Positions 27,993 to 40,468 of a DNA stretch of 64,000 bases are shown here, in pieces. Numbering within the stretch: the first letter of the stretch is position 1; every line of letters begins with the position of its first letter. Location: the NCBI RefSeq assembly GCF_009914755.1, contig NC_060926.1; one strand, 5' to 3'. The notes under the pieces are model-generated. The model was not told the origin of the DNA, searched no databases, and saw only the letters and a program-made list of their open reading frames with translations. A program made the position numbers and the translations under genes. This DNA comes from the human T2T-CHM13v2.0 reference genome, Homo sapiens.

Positions 27993-28215
27993 CAGGGTCA
28001 CTGCATATGGCAGTGCAGGCTGTGTCCTGCACAGGATGCCACATCTAAGGTATTTGCATCATCACTGCTATAGATCTTTATGTTTTTTAATGACAGTTTT
28101 CCAGAGGATAGTAGTAGAGTGGCTGGCTTTGTTAAACTTAGTATATTATGACAATTTTACAATAAATAAAAAAAAATGCCTTGAGGAAGAGATAACTTTT
28201 TCTAATATGACCTTC
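27993..28215 (+). mobile_element. hAT-Tip100 (MER91/Zaphod-like) DNA transposon remnant
   Basis: cagggtcactgcatatggcagtgcaggctgtgtcctgcaca and gaggaagagataactttttctaat resemble the two MER91-family ends. Confidence 0.6.
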
Positions 28216-28592
28216 TCCTAGCTTCATAATAAAGCAATCATATATAAGTTTATGAAAATCACTTACTTCAGGTTGTATAATCTAATCAAGGGAAATCTCT
28301 TAGAATAGAGATGACAAATATTTGCCATGTACACCACCACACTTTGCCCATGGAAGACCCCAGTAGCCACCATGGCTCCCTTCCTCAAGTCTGGATGCAA
28401 CTTACACCATGTGCCAAGCAACCATTGCCAACCAAATGGGGCTGGCATACTGGCTGATATCCATTTGCTGTCACTGCTCAAAAAGGTTGTTGTAAGGATT
28501 TCAGGATAGTGAATCCACAGCACCTGGAACAATGACCACAATCATCATCACATTCCGGGCACTATAGATTCACCATCTTAAAATCCTGATGA

Positions 28593-28894
<302 letters not shown>

Positions 28895-30811
28895 TCTGAT
28901 GATTGTGGTCATCACAGGCTCTGCCACCAGAGCCCTGTGAATGTTCTCCAGGTCTGCGTACCACTCCCTTGGTTGGCAATACCTGGCTCCCTCCCTACCA
29001 CCGGCCTATGCTCAGCCTCAATTCATTGCTCAAATAGAAACAGAACCTTGGTCTAGGTCAGCATGGTGCTTGCTACTGAGTGCACCAGGGCTCCCAGCAG
29101 CACACACATCCCCACTGACCTCAGCTCACTCTCTTTCCTCCTCTCCTCTCTAAACTCCACACAGAGCCATGCTCTGTTGCTGCTAATCAGCACTCAATGG
29201 TAATTTGTAAATCTCTGCAAAACTCATTATAATTCTTTTGTGTGTCCAGGCGCTGCATTCCTATCAAGAGGGCAAATCCCTTGAAGACAGAATCTTTTTC
29301 TTCCTTTTAGGTTCAATATTCTGCTCACATGGGAACTCAACAAATCATATTGTTTCGGTCATGTAGGGTGCCTTGAAAAATAAGGCATGATCATTTGTTA
29401 TAACTAGTCCCTGGTCACCTTCTTCATATGAGGCTAAGAAAATGAATATAGTCATGAAATGATTATTGCTCTCCTGGTCCAAAAAGTAAATTTAAATTCT
29501 TTTCTTTCTTAAGTCCAAAAGATACAAAACTAATTGAGAACTCCTGATATTGTTATAATACTATTACTTATAATAAGTAATAATAGTAGAAGTCAAAATA
29601 CAATTTCTAATGCCATTACTACTAACTTCATTAGGATTCATTTCTTCCTCTCCCCCACTCTCATTTGGCCAAATGCATTTCAGTAAGTGCACATGGGAGC
29701 TGAGAGGATGATAAAGAATTATGAGTCTCAGTATTTATTCTATGCTCTCCCAACATTGCAGCTCTATTCCTTCCAGATGAGATGGCATTTTGACTGTGGG
29801 TGATATGATTAATGCCCAAATATGACCTAAAAAATTGAAAGGGAGGCACAGTGACTGGGTTTGGGGGAGGAGGTTGGGAGATATCCTTCATTATTTGTCA
29901 GGCTACTTAGGCAAGGAAATACACTTATTGATGATAAATATGCAAAAATGAAACAATAAAATTTTGAACTGTGATTTTTTTTTTCAAAATCTAAAGCCTG
30001 TAGGGTCTTGGTATGTGGGTGGAGGGCCTATGAGATATAGAGGAAATTACTGATGCTTTCTCTGTGTCGACCTCATCCGTAAAATGGGAGTAATGGAGCC
30101 ACCATCAGTGCCATGTCTATTGTCTTGAGGGTTGAAATCAGGGTCTTGGGTGCAGTTGTACAGGTTGGGCCTGCTCTGGAACATTCTGCTGAGGGGAGCA
30201 GAGGGGCCCCAATGGAGCGGGGCTCCACTTGCCAAGCCATGGCCTTTTGCTTATGCATCTTTGCTCATTTGCTCATTTGTCTGCCAAGAGCAGAGGGGCT
30301 TTTTCTAATTTACAGGAAGAAGCTGTTTGTGCTCACAGCCGCCCTGATTGAGATAAGTATGTAATGACATTATTATTCAACCAAGGGCTTTCACTTTTTC
30401 CTAATGAGTGTCTATTCATCGCACTAGTGAGGAGAGTGTGGAGTTGGATCATCACTATAATTGAGCACAGTCAGAGACGGTGGCATGAAAAAGCCAAGGA
30501 CGCAGATTCACAGGAGTATAGCATTTGGAAGCTAGAAGATCACCTACTCCAAACACTCTCATTTTGCAGAAAAGGAGTCCAAGACTCAGAGTAAACTTCT
30601 CCTCCCCATCAAAAAGAAAAGGCTTGTTAGTTAAGTTCATGAAGCTGGCTGGTGGTAGTTGGAATGAGACCTGTGGTGGCCTGCCTGGCAGTCCTACAAA
30701 TTAGAAGGCAGGAGTTCTCCATTCCCAAGATATACGTTCCTCACCCCGGTTTTGTGGCATTTGAGAATCCAACATCTGAGTATTTCTTGAGGGTCCTTCT
30801 CCAGGGTCTCC

Positions 30812-31099
<288 letters not shown>

Positions 31100-31199
31100 C
31101 CTAGGGTCTTCTACGTTCAGGTTGAGGGCTGACTAGTTTTACAAATACTCGAAGTTCAGATACTTTTCTCCCACACATCTCCCTGGTTCCACTCTCTAG

Positions 31200-33260
31200 A
31201 CCCTCTCGCCTCCCTCCAGCCAACCTCTTTATCAGATTGTTCATCATTATTGCTCAGGCTGAAAATCCAAACCCCAGCTCTCCTCTTCCAACCCTCATTT
31301 CTCCCCGGGTGGACTCATTTTCACCACCGTGAACCACCTTGCATGGAGTTCCCTCTGCTGCCAGCCCATGTCTTCCTGACTGATTGAGTCTTGCGGTGCC
31401 TCCAGGTGTCTTCCTAGCCATAGATGTGACTCCAGCTTCAGCAGGCCCTTTCTCTTGTCACCCTTGCCAGCCAAGTATACCTTCCCCTCTCCTTCCCCTG
31501 TTCTTCCCTCCCCAGTGGTTGCTTTTCTTATTCATGGAACACTTGTCCCCATCTCATCACCCAGTCACCAACACTGGGGACATTGTGACACCCCCATACA
31601 CTTGGGTCTCGCTGTTCCTTAAGGTTGGATGGTGCCCACTCCTCCTCAACACGGCTCCTCAACATGGCTCCTTCCCCACAGTGGCTCCTTGGCCATGATT
31701 TCCGATCCCAGAGTTCCTTGATGGCTGATATGGTTTGGATCTGTGTCCCCCACCCAAATCTCATGTGGAATTGTAATACCCAGTGTTGGAGGTGGGACCT
31801 GGTGGGAGGCAACTGGATCATGGGGGTGGAATCCTCATGAAAGGTTTCGCACCATCCCCTCGGTACTGTTCTTGTGATAGTGAGTGAGTGAGTTATCACA
31901 AAGTTTGGTTGTTTAAAAGTGTGTGGCACGTCCCTGCTACCGCTCTTGCTCTTGCTCCACCGTGTAAGATGCCTGCTCCCCCTCTGTCTTCAGCCATGAT
32001 TCTAAGTTTCCTCAGGCCTCCTGAGAAGCCAAGTGGAAGCTACTATACTTCCTGTGCAGCCTGCAGAACCATGACCTAATTAAACCTCTTTCCTTTATAA
32101 ATTACCTAATCTCAGAACTAATACAATGGCCACCTATTCTTTTTCTTCTACCTGGTCTAGCCTCTTCTTTTTTTTTCTGGAACCATCCCTTTATCCTCAT
32201 CATGTGCTCTAGTCCCTGACTTCACCTCCTCCCTGCTCCCTGCTTTCCTTGTCATCCAGGAACTTCATGGACATCAGCGCCATCCATGGTCTTGCCTACC
32301 CTAGAGAAGCATGTTCCTCTGGCCTGTGCTGACCCTGTCTCATCCATCCCCAGCTGGTTAAATCTTCCCTTCGCTCTTCTCCTTCAGGCTACCAGGAGCC
32401 CAATGCTGCCATTTCTCCAGGCTTTCTGGGATCCTTGCATACACAGGGGCTCTGGTCTCAGCTGGATCTAATGCTTTGCTCATCTCTGATTTGCTCCCTA
32501 CCACATTGACACAACCCCAGTCCCCAACTCCCCACCTCCTTTCTGGCATATTCTTGTCTTCCCACTATCAGCACTTGGTCTTGCTTCCTGCATTGCTGAG
32601 AAGGGAGACTGGGCTGTCCCCCAGGAGCCCTTAAATACCCTCTTCTTCCCCTTGCTTTTTCCTGACACCTCTCTTCTCTCATCTTCTTATACTGACCTCT
32701 GATGCATGGGGAGAAGAACTCCCCCAGCTCATCCTTCCAAGCCCTTCTGGATCCTTCTAGAACATCTCTTCAGTCCCTCTGTCCCTTGCTAAGTCTTCCT
32801 TCTGTCCTCTCCACTGATTCTTTCAAGTCCCCACCATCATTCCCCTTCCTTCACTACTGAATGTCAATGTCTTATTCCTCATTTACTTGGCATTCATCCT
32901 GTGAGCCTCACTTCCATGCCGACAATTCTCTGGAGATGCTCTACCAGAGGTCATCTGTTACCTCTTACTTGTCAAAGCCAAAGGCCTTTGCACACTGCTG
33001 AAATCCTTGAAAGAACTGTCCTTGAAACTCTCCGACGCTTCATTTCCATGTCCTTACTGGTTTGCTGCTCCTGCAAATTCTCACCACTCTTCCCGTGGCC
33101 TCCTTTCTTTGGAGGATGCCCAGGGGGTGTCCTTAGCACTGCTTCATGTCCTCTTCTTCCTCCTTCCGGGGGAAAGTACAGGTTCCCCTCAATAGCCTCA
33201 TCTCTGTGGAAAGCTCCATTTCATCCCTTGCCTCAAGCTCTCTCTGGATTTCTTGCTAGC
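31200..33260 (+). mobile_element. Highly decayed L2 body, split by MSTA
   Basis: Long CT-rich sense tract typical of L2 ORF2; individual motifs are weak. Confidence 0.45.
31726..32125 (+). mobile_element. MSTA-like MaLR solo LTR
   Basis: tgatatggtttggatctgtgtcccc...cagcctgcagaaccatga...ctaataca; perfect 5-bp TSD ATGGC (31721-31725, 32126-32130); short deletion near the 3' end. Confidence 0.95.
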
Positions 33261-33274
33261 CCTTTTGAAAACAT

Positions 33275-33682
33275 TTTTTTTTATTGTGGTAAAATATCCA
33301 TAACATAAAATATACCAGCTCAACCATTTAAAGTATACAGTTTAGTGGCATGAAGTTCATTTGCACTGTGGTGCAATGATCACTGCCATCCATCTCTAGA
33401 ACATTTCTCGTTTTGCAAAATTGAAACTTCGTACCAGTTAAGCAGTCACTCCCCATTCCCTCCTACTCCCAGCCCTGGGTAGCTACCATTCTACTTTCTG
33501 TCCATATGGTGCCTCACATGAGTGGAATTGTATAGTATTTGTCTTTATGTGTCTGGTTAGCATAATGTCTTCAAGGTTCACACACATTGTAGCAGGTGTC
33601 AGAATTTCCTTCCTTTCCAAGGTTGAATAATATTCCATTGTACCACATTTTGTTTATCCATTTATCTCTTGATGGACACTTA
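33275..33682 (-). mobile_element. L1MB-type 3' end, antisense
   Basis: ttttattgtggtaaaata...ccatccatctctagaac...taccattctactttctgt...aatattccattgta...gatggacactt. Confidence 0.9.
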
Positions 33683-34099
33683 CCATTTAACAAATTTTTA
33701 ATGAGCTCCTCTTTGCCAGGTCCTGTAATAGGCACAGGTACACGCTGGAGAATAAAACAGGCATCATCCCTGCTCTTGCGAAGCATATAGTCCATGCAGC
33801 ACCCTTAGTAACGAATTTGAGTCACAACTTCTCTAATGCGAGTCCCTTGAGGGTACAGACCGTTGCTGGCTTCTTTGGTGGTCCCCAAACCCCTAACAGA
33901 GCTTTGTACAGAGTTAATGCATAGTTAAGATTTGCTGAATGAATGGATGAATGAATGAACCCAATAAGCACTTGTAAAAGATCAGTTTTGTAAATGCATA
34001 ACTTCTCTTGAAATCCTTCTCTTGAAGTTTCATCCCCAGAGAGTGTTTGCAGTAGAAGTGACTTCCAAACAGAGCATGGATCACTCAACGTTTTATTAC

Positions 34100-34560
34100 T
34101 CAGAGGTTCTTGTTACTTCATAAATCTTGAGCTCCCCCAATGTAAATTGCCATCAAACAAGCAGAACAATGACTCAGGCATTCTTTTTATCAAGGGCTTG
34201 GTATTAAGACAGATTAACTTGGAGGAACAGCACCGGCCTGGGTATCTGCCCCATCCCTCATTCTTATTGTGATTAATGAGATGGGGCACATATTTTTTTT
34301 TTACTCCGCCTGAAAGCATATTGAGTTTATGCCTCATCCTACAATGTTAAATATTGGCTTAGAATTACATTATCTCTTTACACAGATGGATGGGCTGGGT
34401 GCTGTGTGTACTGCTGACAGTTTTCTTGAAGTGGAACCAGGATTGGTGAGGGAATCATTCAGCCGTGATTACAGCTGGAATGCATGCAGAGACCTCCAGT
34501 AAAACTAGAGTAAACAGGTATGCAGTGAATCCAAAAGCAAAAGATTAATGCAAAGATGCT
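34100..34560. promoter_or_regulatory. Candidate enhancer or conserved island
   Basis: No repeat recognised; overlapping SOX AACAATG (34165-34171) and AP-1 TGACTCA (34170-34176); TGATTAATG 34270-34278. Confidence 0.4.
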
Positions 34561-34769
34561 GCAGACCAAGAACTAAGACAGTTCAGGGTAGATTGTCTTT
34601 ATGCAGGGTGGGCAACTAACTAGTAATCATATGCCAGTATGAAGACGTGGAACTCTTCAAGGGATGATGTCTTCGCAGTTGTAACTCAAGTGCCTCAGCA
34701 CTGAGTAAGGACTTAATAGATATTGTTTAAATGAATGAATTTATAGTTTTCAAACTATTTTGGTATTTA

Positions 34770-36350
34770 CTATTTTATTTTCATCTTAAACTGACTTATG
34801 AGATAGATAGGTAACAAATTATGATTCCCATTTTACAGTTGAAGAAACTGAGACACAAGTGGTATTACGGGTCACTCAGGTTACCAGGGAGCTGGGATTA
34901 GGGATCTGGTCTATTGGATTTATATCCAGGGACTGCTCTTCCACTTAATTCATTCATCATTTCAACAAATGTTTGTTGAACAACTAATATGCTCCAGGTT
35001 CTGTATTTGATTATGAGTGAAGGTTGGTGGAGATGGAAAAGCCGTGATATCTTTCATCAGGGAAATTAGATCTCACAGAGGATACAGATATGAAAAAGCA
35101 TCATTACAACCAAGTTTCCAAGAGAAAGAACAATGCATGGGCACCGTACCATGGCACATAGAGATCTGGGCAAATGACTTTGCTTGGGGAACCTGGAAAT
35201 GCTTTAGAGAGGAGGTAACATTTCCATCAGTGGAGTTTTCTGGCTTAAGAATCCCAGCCCAGGGGCATGAGTGAAGGCAGAGACCTAAAACAGCTGCATC
35301 TTCAGGAATCCCAGGCAACATGGCTGGGATGTGGGCATGGGGTGAGGCGTGGCAGAAGGAACACTGGAGAAGCAGCAGGGGCTGGATTTATTTGGCATTA
35401 AATTAACAAAATTTATCGAGCTTCTACTAAGTGCTATGAATGGTGTTTAGTGCTGTGTTACTGTGGATATAATGAGATCCATAAAGTTCTTGCCCTCATG
35501 GAGCTTTCTTTCTATAGGTTGGTGCAAAAGTAATTGTGGTTTTTACCATTACTTTCAGTGGCAAAAACTGCAATTACTTTTGCACCAACCTAATAGTGAG
35601 GTGATTTGGACAATAAACAAGGAACCAAATATATTAATTAATTACCAGTTGTTGGTGGTGCTAAAAGGAGCTAAACACAACACTGAGACAGAGGAAAACA
35701 CAGATCACAGTGGGAATTCCTGAGGTGGTGGTTTTCCAGCTGAGCTCCAAAGGATGAGTGGGAGGTGACAGTATAGAGCCAAGGGAAGGTGTTGCATGCT
35801 AGGGAGCAGTGAGTACAAAGGGCCAGTGGCCAGGAGAAACAGATGGGCAGCCAGTGTGGGGACGGTGTGTGAGAGAAGGTCAGAGAGGTGGGCAGAGCCA
35901 GGTCACACAGGGCTTTAGGCTGAGATTTTTTTCTGAGACCAATGGGAAGCCATGCAAAGGTTTTATAGTGAGGTGGCCTGCTGGCATAACTTGATCTACA
36001 TTTTTGATGTTTATTATGCTGGCTGCTGTGCAGAGAAAGAAGGGAGCAAAAGTGGAGCTAGAAAGGCCAGTCAGGAGGTACTGCTGTATCAGTTGACCAG
36101 GTGAGAGATTATGGTGGCTTGGGCTAGGATGGTAGGAGGGAGGGGCAAGTGGGTAAGTGTATATTTTGGAGATGGAATTGACAGGGTTTGCTCTCATGGG
36201 GGATATGGGGTGAAGAGTGAAGAGGAGATGAGGAAGAATCGCAGCCTTGGGTAATGCTTGAACAAGGAGAGAGGCAGTGAAGGGTGGAGTAAAATGGAGA
36301 AATGAGAGAGACCTCGAGGCTCATCAGCAAGGCTGGACTTGATCCCATAG
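34770..36350 (-). mobile_element. MIR (~34770-34940) and antisense L2 fragments (~34945-36350)
   Basis: cccattttacagttgaagaaactgag; cattcatcatttcaacaaatgtttgttgaa; tgccctcatggagctt; aatgggaagcca; gatttgagatggaattgacagg-like. Confidence 0.8.
35515..35593. mobile_element. MADE1 (Hsmar1 mariner MITE), palindromic
   Basis: TA-flanked taggttggtgcaaaagtaattgtggttttt...aaaaactgcaattacttttgcaccaaccta. Confidence 0.97.
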
Positions 36351-36411
36351 CAGATAGGGAGCCAGTGACTGATGCTAAGCAGAAGAATAACACAGTCAAG
36401 CTGGCATTTTA

Positions 36412-36491
36412 TTAGGTTGGTCCAAATGTTATTGCGGTTTTTGCCATTACTTCCAACGGGAAAAACCACAATTACCTTTGCACCATCCTAA
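36412..36491. mobile_element. MADE1 (Hsmar1 mariner MITE), more diverged copy
   Basis: TA-flanked ttaggttggtccaaatgttattgcggtttttgcc...aaaaaccacaattacctttgcaccatcctaa. Confidence 0.95.
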
Positions 36492-38080
36492 TAGAAGGCC
36501 ACTTTGACGGCTGGGTAGAGAGGGGGAGGCAAGGAGCCTGGAGGCATGGGGTGAGTCCAGGGTGACTGTGACAGTGAGCAAGCAAGGATGAGGGCTGGAG
36601 GTGGGGCAGAGACCCCAGACTACTTGTGGCCTGTGGTCACTCCAAGGTCCAGTGTGGTTAGGATTGTGAAGGAAAATGCAGTTATTATCTGGGAGGCATT
36701 AGTAATTGGACCAGGGTGAGGGAGGCAAGATGGGCTGAGAGTAAATTGATAGCCTTTGGGCTCTCAGTGGAGCAGCCAGCCTGCTCTGGGTTCTCAGGTG
36801 AGAAGGCTGTGAATTCTCTACTGGGTGGGACACCCTGATGGGTTGCCTGGGAGCCACACAGCCCCCAGCATGCCTCTGGGGGAGGGGAAGGGGGTCCAGG
36901 GACCTGCTGCTGTGTAGACTGTTGGGTCATCAATGGTGCCTGAGTGAATGTGCTATCTCAAGATGATTGAACTATCTTTGGGGGCGGTGAGCTTCCTGTT
37001 ACAAGAGAAGTTCAAGTGGACTGATAAGTACTTGGCAGGGGCTTCAAATGCCAGGTGGAAGTCGTACTAGATGTCCTGAATATCTCCTTCTGCCAGCACT
37101 CCTGGTTCCATCAGGTTCTGGGGAGCTTAGGGGGAGTTCTATGTTAGGCCAGGCACTCCTGAGATGACTGAAACCTTGTTGTGGGTGGAAGAGGTTGAAA
37201 GGACCCTGAAACTGGGCTCCTGGTTGTCCCAGGCCCTGTTTACAGTGGCTGTAGGCTTCAGGCACTTGCTTCATACCAATAAATGGGTGCAGGGCAGCCC
37301 AGGGCAGCCACATCAGATAATTCATGGAATGGCAGAGAAATCACCATTCTAAAAGGCCAACACCAGCACCATTCAGCTCTTTCCATAATCTAAGGCAGCT
37401 ACACTAATTGAAAAAAAAAAAAAAAGTCAGTTTGGTTTGGTTCAGCAGTCAGCAACATCCATTCATGGGGTGAATGAATATAGAAGAAAACTCAGGCCTG
37501 ACATAATGTAAGTGGCTGCATATATTGTAATAAAACCCACATGGACTCGTGCAGCAATCCCCCGAAATAATGAGTTCAGGTTTGCTACAGATTTGCGGCT
37601 AGCTCTTCCAGAGCCAGTTTTTTTCTGAGAGGCATCTCACCTCACCCGATGATCTTTAGGGCCAGTGATCCCCTAGGTAACTGTGGCCAGGAAGGAACGG
37701 CTGACTAGGTGGGTACAGAGGCTCTACGTAAGTCTCTGCGAGAGATAGTTTTCTGGTGGCAAGAGGACTTGATTTCCTTTGCCCTTGTACAGAGTTCTCA
37801 GATCAGGGATCAAACTTTGGGCATTTAATCCCTTTTTCCAATTCTGCATGGTTCTTGCTTTTCTTTATATTATTCTATCAAACAAGCTACAACAAATACC
37901 AATTGCTTTTTACTGCTAGATCAAGCCAAGGAGCATAGAATATGATCTCTAGTGGGGTAATAGAAGGCGATTAGAGAATGAGACACTCATGATCAGGTAT
38001 AAACAGGGTGAGCTCATCAGGGGATAATGCTTTGCACTTTTTAGAAAATATGAGACTTAGCTTTAGAAGTTGAGCAGGAT

Positions 38081-38371
38081 TGGCTCATGTCTGTAATCCC
38101 AGCACTTTGGGAGGCCGAGGCGGGTGGATCATGAGGTCGGGAGATTGAGACCATCCTGGCCAACACGGTGAAACCCCATCTTTACTAAAAATACAAAAAA
38201 TTAGCCAGGCCTGGTGGTGGGTGCCTGTAGTCCCAGCTCCTCAGGAGGCTGAGGCAGGAGAATGGTGTGAACCCAGGAGGCAGAGCTTGCGGTGAGCCGA
38301 GATTGTGCCACTGCCCTCCAGCCTGGGTGACGGAGCAAGACTCCGTCTCAAAAACAAAACAAAAAAAAAAA
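38081..38371 (+). mobile_element. AluY/Sc-like, slightly 5'-truncated
   Basis: gagaccatcctggc and gagaatggtgtgaacccaggaggcagagcttgc diagnostics; TSD aagttgagcaggat / aagttaagcaggat. Confidence 0.95.
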
Positions 38372-38484
38372 GTTAAGCAGGATTTGGATGGGGTAAAGAA
38401 GACCGAAACAGTGTTTTGGGTGGGACACTGGGGAATGACCCAGCTTGTAACTGACAAAGACACTTAAAGGAAGAGGTGAAAATA

Positions 38485-39170
38485 TCAGTGAGGATGTAGA
38501 GACATTGGAATCCTTGTGCACTGCTGGTAGGAATGTAAAATGATGCAGCCACTATGGAAACATCATGGTAACTCCTTAGAAAATTAAAAGCCAAATTACC
38601 GTAGGATCCAGCAATTCCACTTCTAGGTATATATCCAAGAAAAGGGAAAGCAGGGTCTTGAAGAGGTATTTGCACAACCATGATTATAGCAGCATTATTC
38701 ACAATAGTCAAATGTTGAAAGCAACTCAAGTCTCCATTGACAGATGAATGAATAAACCAAATGTGGTATATACATACAATGGAATATTATTCAGCATTAA
38801 AAAAGGAAGAAAACTCTGACACACGTTACAATATGAATGAACCTTGAGCACATTATGCTAAGTGAAATGTCAATCACAAAACGACAAATACCATCGAATT
38901 CTACATTTTTGAGGTACCTAGAGTAGTCAAATTCATATAGACGGAAAGTATAGTGGTGGTTGCCTGGGGTTGGAGGTAGGGGGAAGTGGGGAACTATTGT
39001 TTATTGGGTACACAGTTTCAGTTTGGGATGATGAAAAGGTTCTAGAGATAGATGGTGGTGATAGTTGCAAAGCAATGTGAATGTACTTTAACACTATTGA
39101 ACTGTACATTTAAAGATGATTAAGATGGTAAATTTTATGTGCATTTTACCACTGTTAAATAATTAAAAAT
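38485..39170 (+). mobile_element. L1MB-type 3' end
   Basis: gtgaggatgtagaga...ccagcaattccacttctaggtatata...gaggtacctagagtagtcaaattcata...gatggtaaattttatg. Confidence 0.92.
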
Positions 39171-39871
39171 GGAAAAAACTAAGAGGCAGAAATGACTTCC
39201 AGGCCAGGCCCAAATCAGGAGGAGCAGGGTTTGACTAAAATTAACATTTCTATGGCCTCTGTGCTCAGGATAGCACCTGGGGTTTAGGAGGGATTAGGAT
39301 GCAATAATGAGTTGAACACAAACAAATCTAGAGAAGCAAGAACTTCCTAGAATAGGAGCAGGAAAGGCAGGACAAGCTGACTGAGTCCTGACTTAAGATG
39401 GCCCTCATGGTACAGAGAGGGGCCATGATGTCAATGAGTTGATGTATCTGAAGGCCTGTTCACCAAACCACCTACTGATCATAATCAGTTATCTTGGCCC
39501 CCAGCGTGGCTCTGCCGGCAGTCAGAGAATGCACTGATTGGTCAAGGAGTGAATTCACACCAATCACTGTATGTTTTATTGGACATTTCAAAATCCTATT
39601 CATGACTTACATGTCTTGCGTGAGTGTGGTTAGCCTGAGTCCTGAGCATGTTTGGCCCCACCAAACTGAGGGTCTGATCTAGAACTTGGGGAGTGCACTG
39701 AGAAACTGCCACCCTACAGGGTCTGGCTGGCTTTCTTGAGAGGCTTTTCCACCGTCACTGATCTGATGTTCAAGGCAAGCAGAAAGTACACGTGGACCCT
39801 CTGAAACTGTTCTGGCCTCTAGCTTCAGTTAACATCTGCATGTGGACACCCAACGCATTTCCTTTCTGACT

Positions 39872-40468
39872 CCTGCTACTGAAAGTGGTCTGTTCAGAGC
39901 AGTATAGGCGTCAGCTTGTTAGAAATGCAGAAAATGTGGCACATATACACCATGGAATACTATGCAGCCATAAAAAATGATGAGTTCATGTCCTTTGTAG
40001 GGACATGGATGAAGCTGGAAACCATCATTCTCAGCAAACTATCGCAGGGACAAAAAACCAAACACCGCGTGTTCTCACTCATAGGTGGGAATTGAACAAT
40101 GAGAACACATGGACACCAGAAGGGGAACATCACACACTGGTGCCTGTCATGGGGTGTGGGGAGCGGGAAGGGATAGCATTAGGAGATATACCTAATGTTA
40201 AATGATGAGTTAATGGGTGCAGCACACCAACATGGCACATGTATACATACGTAACTAACCTGCATGTTGTGCACATGTACCCTAAAACTTAGAGTATAAT
40301 AAAAAAAAAACCCAAAAAAATCCCATATCTGCAACTCAAAAAAAAAAAAAAAAAAAAAAAAAAAGAAATCCAGACTTCCAGCCCATCCCTGACCTATTGA
40401 ATCAGAACATGCATTTTACTAGATCCCCAGGTGATTCACAGGCACAACAAATGCTGAGAAGTTCTGCT
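39872..40468 (+). mobile_element. MER5A-type MITE split by the L1PA insertion
   Basis: Left half ...cttgttagaaatgcag; right half ...gacctattgaatcagaacatgcattttactagatccccaggtgattc. Confidence 0.85.
39929..40364 (+). mobile_element. 5'-truncated L1PA (PA4/5-like) 3' end with two A-tracts and a TSD
   Basis: End of ORF2 plus 3'UTR to gtataataaaa; A-tract 40301-40320, 17-nt insert, poly(A) 40338-40364; TSD agaaatgcaga / agaaatccaga. Confidence 0.95.

Noticed and set aside
39929-40364. Short L1 as the displaced 3' end of the 43.8-46.0 kb fragment
   Set aside because: They differ at subfamily-diagnostic positions in the overlap (gaagctggaaacc/agcaaac versus gaaattggaaatc/agtaaac), and the short copy has its own TSD
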